A DNA stretch of 64,000 nucleotides from Trypanosoma brucei (lineage: Eukaryota). The stretch spans positions 3,744,001 to 3,808,000 of the forward strand of contig CH464491.1 of the NCBI GenBank assembly GCA_000002445.1, given 5' to 3'. The translations under genes were made by a program, and so were the position numbers. A model generated the notes under the pieces. It searched no databases and was not told the origin of the DNA. It was given only the letters and a program-made list of their open reading frames with translations. Below are positions 18,771-30,411 of this stretch, in pieces (the first letter of the stretch is position 1; every line of letters begins with the position of its first letter).

Positions 18771-21581
18771 ATGTCCAAGGAGGCTCCACATCGCTTTCTA
18801 CTGGAGACGCGGTCTCAGCAGCTCCATCGTCTTGAAGCTATACGACGTCGTCGTGAATTGTTGGAGCGTGAATCGCAAAAACCTGTTCAGATGCGATTCG
18901 GCATTGGGGGAAGGGGGCCTTCATGGTCTCCACCACCACGGATTCAATCGCCTGTGGTGACAACGGTGAACGGGGTCCAGAAAAGGCCCGCTGAAACGCG
19001 AAAGGGCTTCTCATCTTGTTCCCGATGTCCACGCAGCTGCGAGCCACGGAAGGCTACCCATGTTCCACTTGTCCGCTCACGATCGGCACCTCACATGAGG
19101 CTTTCTCAATGCTTTGCAACTCGTTCCACTTCAAACCGCCGTACTTCATTAGTGCCGCCGTTCGGATCGCTCTGCAATTTGCAACAAAAGAAAGATACGC
19201 CTCCGATCAAGAGGATGTTGAAGCGACAACGTTCGCGTACAGTGTCTACTTCACCGTCAACTTCACTTACATCAAGATTCCGCAGGCGTACACCTCTGGC
19301 GAGCGCCCGCAACAAGGAGAAGATGACACCATGGAACAACTTTCCTAATACATCGAGATCGGCGCAAATATTAACTCCGCCATTGGGTCCAAAACATGGG
19401 AAAAGAGTTTCCGCCCCGCGCGAAAGGTCACCATCTCCCCTACCGTCCTCTACCCAAACCACTGCGATAAACGGGACGACACACGACGAACAACGGCAGC
19501 CTGCAGTGACGCTGGGTTCAGAAACAGTTTCATCCTCGCCTACCAACCGGTTTCCTCTTCCGAGGTCTCGGAGTGTCTCCAACGCCGAACCTAAGGAAAT
19601 GGTGAATCAGCATGTGGGATCATCCCCATTGAGGTGTGTCTCGGACGAAAATATGGAAACGGTCACCGCATTTCGCGTAAGCGAGTTCCCCACACCGCGC
19701 ACCCCTAAACTTCGTGAGAGTCTGGCCGTTTCGCTGTCCCCAGCAACTTCTCAGGGCGTGTCCATTAAGCAAGAGTTGGTGGCGGAGACTCGCATCAGCA
19801 CTGACAGTTCTCCTCCGGTCGTGAAAGAGGAGGCAACCTGCAACCCCTGTGATGGATTGTTACTGCAGTCGTCTACATGTCAGTCGGTTTTTGTGGGCAG
19901 TTCTTCCGTTCTTACCGGTGGTTTATGTGAAGTTGATATTCATCTCAATGAGGAATCAGATGCGCCCCCACCCTGTGAAATTGAAACCAGTAGGGACAAT
20001 AAGGAGACCAGGGTGAGTGCCGCGGCTTCTCCTGCTGGTGAAAGTGATATCGTTTCAATGTCTCCATCGTCACCAGGATGCAAAGCTGCAGCTGCTTGCA
20101 GACCCTCCGCCATGACGTCGTATACGTTCGATTGCAGCCCCACCACAAGTGAATTCGACGGAACCGAAATTGAGAGGAATTCTCACCGACAGCTCATGTT
20201 TGATATGGAAGAAAGCCAGAGCTCTACTGTGGCAGTTGAGGATAAAAAGAATGCGGATGGTCAGCTGCACCAACACGTTAGTGGTGAAGACGAAGAGTTG
20301 GAAAACGACAGTGACCTAAATAATCGGGAAGAAGAGTTGTGTACTCCAAGGGATAACCGCGGCGAGTGGCTACCTGATACTTTGACGCACGGACTCGATG
20401 CCTCTGCAGAGTCGGAGAAACCACATGAATGTGTGAATGCCCTCTGCACACCCGTGGATCAAATACTGTATTCATCACCGTTGTGTGAAATGGTGTCGCC
20501 ACGGCCGCAAACACCCTTGTTGCAAGTGAGAATGGAGCATAAGCTCACCATGCTCAACACTGCAGAGCGGGAAGATGAGAATTCACGCGGGAGTTTACTG
20601 TTGGTTACCGGTGAAAGTCCCATTCCTCACACACCTGTTCTACAGGAACCGCACACACCGCCTCCAACAGAGGGAGTCCCGCTATTTATTTCTAATACAT
20701 CGAATCTCCCTCGTCCTGTGACACTAATATCGGCACTTCAGTCTCCAATGAGTGCCCGTCGATTGGTCCGTCCAGTGGCTGAATCTCCTATCGGAGAATG
20801 TGCAGTGTGGAATGGGGGAAAGTGGTCTCCCCCGATGCGCACAGACTTAAATAAGGAGCCAACGGTCCAACCGCGGGAAGTAGTTGATCTAGAGCGACGA
20901 TACCTGGAGGCAGGCTCAGGACTACAAGGGGAATCGGTACCTTCGAGTTCCTCATCGCCCTGCTCCGGCTCTCGCTTTAAAAACAAAAAACTGCCTACTG
21001 ATTTGCTAATGGTTTCACATATACTTGAGGCAAGCGAAGAGGCTCACCAGCCAATAACGTCTGAGACATCGTGTTGTACACCGTCACATTCTCAGGGCAA
21101 TGATCAGGCGTCAGGACAGCTGTCAGGAAGTTCATCCACTGCACAGACCGCGGCTTCCCAACCGCGGAAGCATTATTACGAAAAAACTCACTGGGAGCAA
21201 CACCAACTGGGGACCACAGCAAGCAACATTGCGAAGGAACATCGTCGGAGTGAGAAGGTAGTAGGTAAAGTTGAGCTATGCGCCTCAAAGGTTTCAGAGG
21301 CTGTTGCTGCCTCCCTGAATTTCACAGCAGGTGAGAAAAGGGAAAGGGAAGCCAGTTCTGATACTGACCGGACTTCACAATCCCCACACATTTTGAAGGC
21401 GAATGCAGCTCCCAGCCGAGACTTACGACAAGCAGGGGCCTCTCCTCAAGGGTCATCACAATCCTCCACAGGTGACGATCCAATTGGAAGCACTACGCAA
21501 ACGAAACTTGTGTCAGAGAAACGCCACGCAAAGAAACACAGACGCCGGCGCGTTCGTCGCTTCAACAAGGGAGGAAAGTAG
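18771..21581 (+). CDS. Hypothetical low-complexity Ser/Pro/Thr-rich protein with a polybasic C-terminal tail (KKHRRRRVRRFNKGGK)
   Basis: The track ORF starts at GTG 18678; the first ATG is 18771 (MSKEAPHRF), giving about 936 aa. It is a long uninterrupted + strand ORF in a unidirectional array with no recognisable domain. The antisense ORFs inside it are rejected. Confidence 0.55.
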   Translation: MSKEAPHRFLLETRSQQLHRLEAIRRRRELLERESQKPVQMRFGIGGRGPSWSPPPRIQSPVVTTVNGVQKRPAETRKGFSSCSRCPRSCEPRKATHVPLVRSRSAPHMRLSQCFATRSTSNRRTSLVPPFGSLCNLQQKKDTPPIKRMLKRQRSRTVSTSPSTSLTSRFRRRTPLASARNKEKMTPWNNFPNTSRSAQILTPPLGPKHGKRVSAPRERSPSPLPSSTQTTAINGTTHDEQRQPAVTLGSETVSSSPTNRFPLPRSRSVSNAEPKEMVNQHVGSSPLRCVSDENMETVTAFRVSEFPTPRTPKLRESLAVSLSPATSQGVSIKQELVAETRISTDSSPPVVKEEATCNPCDGLLLQSSTCQSVFVGSSSVLTGGLCEVDIHLNEESDAPPPCEIETSRDNKETRVSAAASPAGESDIVSMSPSSPGCKAAAACRPSAMTSYTFDCSPTTSEFDGTEIERNSHRQLMFDMEESQSSTVAVEDKKNADGQLHQHVSGEDEELENDSDLNNREEELCTPRDNRGEWLPDTLTHGLDASAESEKPHECVNALCTPVDQILYSSPLCEMVSPRPQTPLLQVRMEHKLTMLNTAEREDENSRGSLLLVTGESPIPHTPVLQEPHTPPPTEGVPLFISNTSNLPRPVTLISALQSPMSARRLVRPVAESPIGECAVWNGGKWSPPMRTDLNKEPTVQPREVVDLERRYLEAGSGLQGESVPSSSSSPCSGSRFKNKKLPTDLLMVSHILEASEEAHQPITSETSCCTPSHSQGNDQASGQLSGSSSTAQTAASQPRKHYYEKTHWEQHQLGTTASNIAKEHRRSEKVVGKVELCASKVSEAVAASLNFTAGEKREREASSDTDRTSQSPHILKANAAPSRDLRQAGASPQGSSQSSTGDDPIGSTTQTKLVSEKRHAKKHRRRRVRRFNKGGK

Positions 21582-22567
21582 AATTGTCTAATTTCACAAC
21601 GGTTACCGTGTATATACTTCACAACCCTATAATGAACGACGTGGGATACGTCACGTGCCACACCAACAGGAAAGGGGAAAAGGTAAAATGAGAAAATGGA
21701 GTATTATTTAGTTAAACCTACGATGTCAGAGTGGTGGTGAGACGTGTATTAGTCCTCTATTTTTCACCAGGTGGCGCGGCGGTCGGTTGTACATACCCGT
21801 GACCGCGTACTGATGTGTGAAGTGAACACAGCAAAAATGTACCAGAGGAAAGGTGACCAGGGTCACGAAAACCGGTGGTAAGGAGGGGGTGAATATGATT
21901 TAGTGTATTTTTAGTAGATTCATTGTGTAACTTTACTTTTTCTCTACCTCCTTCCCTTTCTTAGAAATTATTTTCTTATTCCTATATTGACCTTTAGAGT
22001 ACCTTAATCATTACTCCGTAGTAGTGGGTGTGAGCAATTTTTAGGTCGTGGGGGTTATTTTTCCTTCATTTTACTTTCTTCAAACAACGGTGAAAGCGGA
22101 AGATATTAAGAAGTAATTCGTTGTTTTTTTTAACGAGAAATAAGGTCTGTCGAGCGCGCTGTGTAAAGCCAAAAAGTGAGTGAATGAAAGTGGACCGATG
22201 GTTCTCAGGAGTTACGATTAAAACTCGTTCGGTTGACTGTCCGGTGCTTATTCATATAAGAAGAAAATGTGGGTGCAAAATCCGCTCTTGTTCTCGATTT
22301 AATAATTCGGTAGTGCTGAAAAGCGTTCCTTGTAGTTTGTGACAACCTCTACATGATAGTTCACAGTGTTCTGTGTGGAGGAGGATACCCAACTACCTCT
22401 ATCTTATTTCGTTAAAACGGAATCGCTTGTTTTGTCTGTTATTTTCACATTTTTATGACTTATCGGCAACCACAGAGACTGTAGATATATAGTTTGCCTC
22501 TCCAACTTAGGTAGGGTCGTAGGAAGCGGTACGGGCAGAGGAGGAGGTAAATCATCGGGTAAAATCA

Positions 22568-24499
22568 ATGTTTGCCTGTCGTCGGCTACTGGGACTAACG
22601 GCAGTTGGTGCCCCGACACATGTGAGATTCAATCACAGTAACAACTCCACAGAATCAACACGAGACACCGACAAAACCGCTGCCTCTGTGGGTGACCCTT
22701 CAAAAGTAGTTTCTTCCGATTCCGCTCAAAAGCTGAATCTTTCCTTAAGGCTCACGGATGCGGATTTCGGCGCGATGGTGAAGGCCACGAAAGCGGCCAT
22801 GGCTAAGGAGAGATTGTGGAGGGACCTGACGGTGGGAAGTGAAGTGGATATCTCTAGTGAATCAGGTCCTAATGTAGCGATTATCCCCAAACACACAGTT
22901 CTGCCTAAACCCCTTGGAGACAGATCCAGTTGCTTTACAACGGTGGCTGCGGAGCCCCAGGGAGCGAGGGTAGATTTGTCAGGTGATACAAGAGACAATG
23001 TGTTGGGTAATGACAATCCTATGAGCTCTACGGTTACAAGCGCGGTTCAAGATCGGACTTTGACACCTGGAGTGCGTTATGGATTGATGGACACGCTACG
23101 GGACTGTCTCATTTCTGGGGATTGGCCAAAGTCGATGCGCATGTTTGAGTCGGCGATTCAAACTGCCTGCAATAATGGTAAGGGCGCAGAGACTTCGTTT
23201 ACCGCCATGAGGAGCAGTGACAGTGTAATAAACAATGAAATGCTTGAGGGGTTGCACCGTTTTAACGCTACGACGCCAGTAGGAAGTTTTGCAATGAATC
23301 TGGAGCGATATCGCGGCATACTTCGATGGAGTGGTGGCCACTACTACTTACTGATGAAGTTGCTGCTTAGCAGACACCGCATTGAGGAGGTGGAAAGGGT
23401 GTGGGATGTGATGAAACGCATCGGTTACGTAGAATATCGCATGAATGAGCGGACGTGTAACCAGTTAATAGCTTTGTGTCGCACAGATACAAAACAGGAT
23501 ATTGTGTCTCCACTTCTACATCCCACGAAGGAAACACATAACCGTGAGAAGGAGTTTCGCACCTCATTAGTACTGGAGTTAGAAAACTGGGCGGAGAAAA
23601 AACATGTAACGCTTAGTGGTCGCAACGAAACCACTGCACGGGTAGCCAGAGTCGCACACATGCTGAGGTCCGAGGGTTCTAAAGATGGGAAGGACGAAGC
23701 AGTGGGTTCTATTGGTCATGGGCTCAGGGTAGGTGACTTTTCCGGTCTTCTGCGGCGATGCAATAGTGAAGAATCAACTGCACGTGTACTCCAAATGATG
23801 GAGAAACTGAATGTTCCACGTGATGGCCAAATATACAGTGCCCTCATAGCCGCGCTTCGGCAACCGCATTATCAACTGTGCGGCAGTGAAGAGAATTTGT
23901 CTCAATCTGATGGAACAAAAGAAGCATACGATGCGCATCGCAAGAGGCGGCTTAAGCGTGCGCGACAGTGGTACGACGAGTGCCCTGAGGAATCCCGTAC
24001 CATTGATGTTTGCAACGAGATGCTTCTTATTACACGCGGTGGGAGTGCTGAGGATGTGGATTATGCCAACCTCCTCACGGATATCCGTGGCACCCCTTTG
24101 ACTATTTTAGGTTCTGATGATACTGGGAGTGACACCATTGCATTTTCGAAAAATGAGGGGCGAAGTAGACCGCAAATTCCTGTCCCAAGGTGGAGAATTC
24201 CACCGAACGGAAGGACGTATGAAGTAATGGTTTTGCATTGCAGGCACCATGAAGAATGGCCTGTTGTGTGGGCGTTGTATGATGAGATGATGGAGCGGAA
24301 CGTCAAGGGGACGCAACGCCTGTATCAGATGCTGCTGGAAATTGTGCAGCGGCACCCTCCTTGTGGACGGGACAGAAACACGGTGGTTTTAGAACTGTAC
24401 GAAGATATGAAGCGCTTCGGTTTGGATGTGACCGATATCAAGAGTACAGCTAGTGTCGTGAATTCTTGGTGTGCTACGCGACGCAAAAGACGGTGGTAA
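22568..24499 (+). CDS. Hypothetical protein with N-terminal mitochondrial-presequence-like segment; C-terminal half has PPR/TPR-like helical repeat character
   Basis: ATG at 22568; 643 aa. The N-terminus MFACRRLLGLTAVGAPTHVRF is Arg-rich, amphipathic and lacks acidic residues. The C-terminal region has helical-hairpin-like segments (YSALIAALRQPHY, TYEVMVLHCRHHEEWPVVWALYDEMMERNVKGTQRLYQMLLEIV). Confidence 0.6.
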   Translation: MFACRRLLGLTAVGAPTHVRFNHSNNSTESTRDTDKTAASVGDPSKVVSSDSAQKLNLSLRLTDADFGAMVKATKAAMAKERLWRDLTVGSEVDISSESGPNVAIIPKHTVLPKPLGDRSSCFTTVAAEPQGARVDLSGDTRDNVLGNDNPMSSTVTSAVQDRTLTPGVRYGLMDTLRDCLISGDWPKSMRMFESAIQTACNNGKGAETSFTAMRSSDSVINNEMLEGLHRFNATTPVGSFAMNLERYRGILRWSGGHYYLLMKLLLSRHRIEEVERVWDVMKRIGYVEYRMNERTCNQLIALCRTDTKQDIVSPLLHPTKETHNREKEFRTSLVLELENWAEKKHVTLSGRNETTARVARVAHMLRSEGSKDGKDEAVGSIGHGLRVGDFSGLLRRCNSEESTARVLQMMEKLNVPRDGQIYSALIAALRQPHYQLCGSEENLSQSDGTKEAYDAHRKRRLKRARQWYDECPEESRTIDVCNEMLLITRGGSAEDVDYANLLTDIRGTPLTILGSDDTGSDTIAFSKNEGRSRPQIPVPRWRIPPNGRTYEVMVLHCRHHEEWPVVWALYDEMMERNVKGTQRLYQMLLEIVQRHPPCGRDRNTVVLELYEDMKRFGLDVTDIKSTASVVNSWCATRRKRRW

Positions 24500-24746
24500 C
24501 CACCTGATATTACCCATCTTTTGCCCTCTCTCAGATTGATATCTCCACTGTGATGGTTAGGTTGTAACGGAATGTTGGGTGCCCCGGCTTGAGGGAATTC
24601 GTGCGTGACTGTGTGTGGTAGCACACCACAAAGTAAATGAGATCCTCCTTGCGGCGCTGAAATTTGTTGCATTGCAATCAACGATTTGGTTTTTTCTGAC
24701 CTATTCATCTCTAAATCATTGTCTCCCGTTATTTCATCTACCTGAC

Positions 24747-24765
24747 ATATATATATATATATATA
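24747..24765. repeat. (AT)n microsatellite
   Basis: The sequence atatatatatatatatata is seen directly. Confidence 0.9.
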
Positions 24766-24968
24766 GCTTTTCTCCGTAGCGCCACCTCCCTCGTAGGTTG
24801 GGTCATTGTAAGGATACCTGGTAACCGCTTGTTTGCGCCCGCCAGGTGTTGTTGGATAAACCGGGCACGTGTGTGTGTGGCCTTAGGCATCTTAGTTAAG
24901 TTCTTGGATAATCTGTTGGCTGTTACGTCAGTGTTTTCAACTGGCTTTCGCCTTCCAAAATCGCAGAC

Positions 24969-25766
24969 ATGGCCACACTTCAAGTGCGAGATTTTGATCC
25001 ACGAACGGCAACGCATTATTATCACTGCATACTCGCAGGTATTCCCCACCCCGTTACTCTACAGTCAATATCCTCCGCAATTGTTCCTGATAGTGAATGT
25101 GAGTCTGTGCAAAACCTCGAGAAAATCGGCTGTCAGATTGTACCATACCGCCTTCATGTGTTTAAGGAAACCCTTTCGCTGAAGTTTGGTGTGGTTGATT
25201 TCTTTATTCATCACTCGACTTCTGGGGAGTCTGCAAATCCCGCCGAGGTTCACGAACTATTTTTACAGTGGTTTGGTTCTTCCTTGACTAGGGGGGTGAT
25301 GTCACTTAATTCGTGGATAAGTTTAGGTCAGCCTCGTGAATTACACTCAGCTACCCCGTTTGTGTCAGCGCTAATGGAGAAGTGCTCGTTCTTCGATGCA
25401 AAAGTGGTTTCTGATATTGAGAAGTTAAGAACGTTTATTCTGTCGAAAGTGCGGTTTGATAATAGGGGTTTGAACGCCCATGCCAATAACAGGTCACGTG
25501 TGGCCGCTTCTGAGGACTCTTCACTTCAAGAGGAACAAACAAGGACTGACTGCGGGAATGACCCGTCCGTCGAGTGGAAAAGTGTTGGAACACTGTCAGC
25601 ATCATCGTTGGATTCACAGGAACTCGCTTGGCTTAGTCGTCAGCACCGTCAGTTTCCGTCCATTGCGCCGGCAAATGAAAGGGAGGCCTCTGCAACGTGG
25701 GAGCTGGAGCCTGTACGCACGTTTCTACAAAAGGCACTGACTCCACTCGTTGAAGTGGTAAAGTAA
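24969..25766 (+). CDS. Hypothetical protein (265 aa), no family recognised
   Basis: ATG ORF on the + strand, with a polypyrimidine tract and (AT)n upstream at 24747-24765. No conserved motif could be assigned confidently. Confidence 0.5.
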   Translation: MATLQVRDFDPRTATHYYHCILAGIPHPVTLQSISSAIVPDSECESVQNLEKIGCQIVPYRLHVFKETLSLKFGVVDFFIHHSTSGESANPAEVHELFLQWFGSSLTRGVMSLNSWISLGQPRELHSATPFVSALMEKCSFFDAKVVSDIEKLRTFILSKVRFDNRGLNAHANNRSRVAASEDSSLQEEQTRTDCGNDPSVEWKSVGTLSASSLDSQELAWLSRQHRQFPSIAPANEREASATWELEPVRTFLQKALTPLVEVVK

Positions 25767-26969
25767 GTCAACTGATTATGTGACTTTTACCAGTGCTGGC
25801 CCACGTCAATGCAGGTTGTTTGTCTCACACTAGTAAATATGTCGGATTGAGCACTCTCCTCAAAAACGTATGGGTATACTGCGTCGGTGGTATGTTGTAC
25901 TTTTCGCCTATTTATCTCCGTGCTTTCGCAGGTCCCTGCACACAAAATGCCAGTTGTAGTGTACACATATGCATATAGACGAGTGCTTTTGTCGTCTCTC
26001 GTTTTCACACATCGCTTCAAAGTTTCATTTGGGGTTGTTGTTCAAGCAGCTACACGCGCTGGTTCCCTGCTTTTCACACCATAACTGTTGTGCTTTTGCC
26101 AACTGACACGTTGATCAGAGCTGCCTCTCAACCCTTTGGAGCTTTTTCCAGCTTCCGTTTGTTCGTTGTGGTGCACGAACCACAGTTAGCCGAGTGGGGG
26201 AATAAAACAATGAACTGGCAGATCATGTTTTTTTTTTGATGGGTGCCGCAGTTATTGCTGGAGCCCGTCCCTTTGGAGGGGTTGACATGAATGCGTTTTT
26301 TTTTCCTTTTCGTTAGTTCTTTCTGTCCCCCTTTCTTGCAGCGTTTACGCATCTGTTGTACTTTGTAGGTCCCTAACGACTGACACGTCTTTAGAGCGGT
26401 AAATTTAAAGAGTTTAAAAAAAAAAACAATTCTGCTCACCTTAAGGTTTGGTACTCCACACCACTAACCGCACACTTTCGCGGTCATACGGTCTTGTGTC
26501 CCAACCTCGCTTTCGATTTTGATCTTCCTCTCTTTCATTGGGGAGTTTTGACTCCATTTTATTTCGCTTCTTCTTTCACTATTGCTTTTTTATGTTTAGC
26601 AGTGGGAGTTCCAATAGCCGCATTAAAGGTGAAGTGTACGTTTATGGTTCCGCGCTCATGGTTTTGGGAAGAGTAGGCTGTTGGCCCTACTAGGTGGTTC
26701 ATGCCGTTGGTTTGGTTACCGCTAAAAAGAAGATAAACACGGTGAGCTGGTGAAGTGTCCACTGTGTGACGGAAAGCAGGTGATTTTTGTTGCACGAATC
26801 AGCGAAAGCGGGGCGGACTTATTCCTGTCCTTTACAATTTTGATTATATTTGCATACCTCTGCTCAACGTGTGATTTAACTTTCGGTGACGTTAGCTTAT
26901 TTTACTTACGCATTCACTTTTCCTTCTTTCTGTTTAGGGCTCTCCTCTCACCATTTCCAGCTTTGATGG

Positions 26970-27995
26970 ATGAGTTACGAAAATTTCGCTGCACATGCAC
27001 ATGATAGAGCGCTCGCCAGTGGAAACATCAAGCCACCTCCACCGGCGTCGTACCTGTTGATATGGTCATTACCCCTGCTGGCTTCCTTCTTTGTTTTTGG
27101 CATTGCTCGACCGCTGGTTGCCGATAGGGAAGTGACTCCAAGTTTGACGCACATCGGCTCCGGGCGTTCGAAACGGTGGTGGGTTGTTCGGTTGCATTTA
27201 TGCGTGTCGACATGGCTTTTATTTTACTGCAACTTTTGTGTATGTGCTTACCTTCTTCTTCCGACACGGGTCCTGCTACGGCTTCGCATGCTTCCGTTGA
27301 GTAACAACACTACGTACGGCTGGTGCATGAGAGAGCTACGCCGTGCTTTGTCCTTTGGCATACATCTCTACGATTGGGACGACAAGATATATACGGGCCG
27401 CATATCTGTGGTGAAGTCCGTTGAGTCATTGGCATCTTCTGATGGCCCTGTAAGGGATGAACTTGCACCAGTTGTTCCTCTAACTAACTCAGAAATGTGG
27501 AAGTACAGAGCGGTGGTTCTTGCAGCGCTGGTTGTCACGCTGTTTACTTTGTACTTTCTAGCATCTATGATATTCCGTTTGTCGCTTGGTTTACCCCCAT
27601 GTGGAGAGCACAGAAGCAACTTGGCACTTCCTCAGGGAAGTGAAGAGGAGGAACACGATGAAGATGATGATAAAAACGATGAGTTTGATATAAGTTTTTT
27701 TAGCGTCGACAGTGAATGGTGGAACATGGGCAACCCCGATGATGCGTGTGTCGATAGCCCAGAGGCGCAGGCAGAGGAAGAGCGTTTGAGATCAAGAGAA
27801 CAAAAGAGACAAAACAGGCAACTCCCCGAAAAGAAGACACAAAGTGTTCGTTCGGTGGTGTGGGAATGCTGGCCATTGTTTGCCTCGGTGTGCTATTCGG
27901 CACTTTATGCAATCAGCGGCGGAGTTGCGCCGTTTATGTGGTGGGTTTTCCCCTCTTCTGTGGTGATTGTAATTGTTGGTTCTGTGCTCGTCTAA
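26970..27995 (+). CDS. Hypothetical multi-pass membrane protein with central acidic (E/D-rich) loop
   Basis: ATG at 26970; 341 aa. There are at least three hydrophobic helices (LLIWSLPLLASFFVFGIA, AVVLAALVVTLFTLYFLASMIF, and the C-terminal VAPFMWWVFPSSVVIVIVGSVLV) and an acidic stretch EEEEHDEDDDKNDEFD. The true start is uncertain. Confidence 0.45.
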   Translation: MSYENFAAHAHDRALASGNIKPPPPASYLLIWSLPLLASFFVFGIARPLVADREVTPSLTHIGSGRSKRWWVVRLHLCVSTWLLFYCNFCVCAYLLLPTRVLLRLRMLPLSNNTTYGWCMRELRRALSFGIHLYDWDDKIYTGRISVVKSVESLASSDGPVRDELAPVVPLTNSEMWKYRAVVLAALVVTLFTLYFLASMIFRLSLGLPPCGEHRSNLALPQGSEEEEHDEDDDKNDEFDISFFSVDSEWWNMGNPDDACVDSPEAQAEEERLRSREQKRQNRQLPEKKTQSVRSVVWECWPLFASVCYSALYAISGGVAPFMWWVFPSSVVIVIVGSVLV

Positions 27996-28827
27996 CCTAT
28001 GCGTTTTCTCCGTATTGGTTACGTTTGGCAAGAACAGCAGCTGGTCTCACAGCTTAGTCTTGCGACTCCAAAATCACAATCTGTAGCGTTCTTGCAGTTG
28101 TGTACGATTTTGAATGCTGCAGAAAGGGAGGTGGCTCTGAGTTTCACATGTCTCAAAAATTTTGAGTGATGCAGCGCGATATCTGACACCGGCAGTGCAT
28201 AGCGTACAGATACTGGACCACCCAGAGGCTTGCGTCCTTTTTCGTTACCTAGGTACATAAACCATATCCCTTCACAATTATTTTTGTAACTTTCATGTGG
28301 GTGATACACTGCTTGCCTTTATCGGAGCGAAATCGTTTTTGTCCGTGGTTCACATGAGGTATGATATGGACTACAGGTAGTTGATTGGGGGCTTGTATGG
28401 CGATAATATGGTGAGGGATGCGTTGCAATTTTGAACTTGTAGATATACGTTGGGTTTAACGTAAATAATTTCGTAAGTGCACGTGCATTTTGGGAGGTTC
28501 ATTCCACAGAACTTTCTTTTTCTGTATTTATTCGGTCAGGTGGTGCTTTTTGGTGTCTTGGTGAAGTTACCTTGACGACAGAACTGCTGTTGGGGCGGAA
28601 TGTCGTCTATTCGTTACATTTTATCTGATGGACAGCCTGGATTTGTTGTTGGTCATTGAGCATGTTGCATTTCTACGACGACACTTAAGGTCTCAGTTTA
28701 CCTTGGGGTTTTGTTTCTTTTTCAACTGGTTGTCGCGTAGACACCTTATGCCGAAAAAAGAAACAACAACAATGGCTTCAAATCATCTACAGTTTTCCCT
28801 TTCCACTTTCCCTTGTACAAAGTGGCC

Positions 28828-30411
28828 ATGAACGGCGTAGAAATAAACGAAAGGGATGCACCAATTATTTGGAAAGAAAAGGCTGTGGGGGTCGTCTGCC
28901 GCAACTTCGATGAGGATATGCAGAATGCTGTGAGGACACTTAAGACCGGTGATGAGCAGAGTGTTGAACGTATGTTGAGGAGTTACAACAACGTAAACTG
29001 GAAAAGTTCTGATGGAAACACGCTGCTTCATTGGGCCGCTACCCTTGGTCATATGTGCGCTGTTAGGTTACTCTTGGATGCGGGGGCCAACTGTGATTCC
29101 CCAAATGTGGTTGGTGCGACACCGCTTCACTGCGCTGCCTTCGGAGGTTCTGTTGCGGTGATTGATGAATTGTTGCTTCGTGGTGCCAATGCGATGGCAA
29201 AAAATCGCAAGGGTCATACGATGTTCGACTTCCTGAAGGACCTGTGGGGTGGCGATTTGTACAAACGTTATGAGGGTCTCGAAAGACTTCTCACGGCATT
29301 GAGTGGAAGTTGCTACGATCTTCCCAGCCCGGTAACAAAGCCGGGAGAACCTCCTGAAGGCACGTTGGCTTCTCAAAGGAGCTTCCGTGGGAAAATTGCC
29401 TCTTGCTTCCTGCAAAATATGCACGAAAGGCAATCAGTTCCCTTTGAAAACTTCCAATACGAGGAACGTGATGAGGATAACGACGATGGATTGTTGCAGA
29501 AGTACCACTTACTGGAAGTGAAGGAATTACTGATGGACGAGTCTGCGAAACGTAATGAGTTGGTTCGTGAACACCTTACTTGGGCTGTTGACGTTATGAC
29601 GCAACTAAGGAATCTTGCATATCCTGTCCGTTGTGTTGAAGAAGTGGTTGAAGTACTTGCTAAGAAAGATTCTCCCGAGGGTGATCGCTGGTTGCTGTTG
29701 CGTGCCAAAGGCGCTAGTGAAGGTTCTGAGGTTTGGGTCCGGTTGAAGGATCTCTGCGAATGTTACCCCACTCGTACTGATGAGCAGGGCCATATTCCCT
29801 CCCTTCGACATTCGCCTGCTCCAACGAATTTGACTAAGCGTTGTCATGCGTATAACCAATCAAATGTTGATGTTTATCGGAATAGTGTTGTACAGCGGGT
29901 GATGCGGTTACTTAAGGATGCCTCGGCGAGGTCGCTTAGGTACCAGAGGAAGCCATTTTCAAATTCTCTTCCTCGTTTTTTAGAGGTATCGGAAGACGAA
30001 AGTGAGAGGGTTTTGCGGAGGGTTGTTAGTTCACCCTGGCACTCTCAGACACCTAAGAGTGACCGTGGATCAGACGCGTCATTTTCAACCGGTGTTCGCA
30101 GCGTAAAGGAAAGCGTAATGAAAAGTAGAAGAAATAGCGGTATTGTGTCTGCTGGTCGTGATTTGTGGGGCGGTGTAAGCCAATCTCCAAAAAGTGTGTT
30201 GCACTCATTCAGCCCCTCCATTTCTCCAGTCTGCAGAGAGAAATTCGATTTGTCTACGAGATCATATGATCCTTTTAGGGCACCAGACTATTGTGCTCCT
30301 ACGGAGTCTAGCAGGCAGCGCGCAGGTGATGGGGGTAAGATAGAGCGGCTTCGCCGCATTTATGCTTCGCAATACTTGAAGCGCAGATTTGACATTTCAA
30401 AGAAATCGTAG
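28828..30411 (+). CDS. Ankyrin-repeat protein
   Basis: The track ORF starts at TTG 28813; the first ATG is 28828, giving 527 aa. There are three to four canonical ANK repeats: GNTLLHWAATLGHMCAVRLLLDAGANCDSPNVVGATPLHCAAFGGSVAVIDELLLRGANAMAKNRKGHTMFDF. Confidence 0.8.
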   Translation: MNGVEINERDAPIIWKEKAVGVVCRNFDEDMQNAVRTLKTGDEQSVERMLRSYNNVNWKSSDGNTLLHWAATLGHMCAVRLLLDAGANCDSPNVVGATPLHCAAFGGSVAVIDELLLRGANAMAKNRKGHTMFDFLKDLWGGDLYKRYEGLERLLTALSGSCYDLPSPVTKPGEPPEGTLASQRSFRGKIASCFLQNMHERQSVPFENFQYEERDEDNDDGLLQKYHLLEVKELLMDESAKRNELVREHLTWAVDVMTQLRNLAYPVRCVEEVVEVLAKKDSPEGDRWLLLRAKGASEGSEVWVRLKDLCECYPTRTDEQGHIPSLRHSPAPTNLTKRCHAYNQSNVDVYRNSVVQRVMRLLKDASARSLRYQRKPFSNSLPRFLEVSEDESERVLRRVVSSPWHSQTPKSDRGSDASFSTGVRSVKESVMKSRRNSGIVSAGRDLWGGVSQSPKSVLHSFSPSISPVCREKFDLSTRSYDPFRAPDYCAPTESSRQRAGDGGKIERLRRIYASQYLKRRFDISKKS

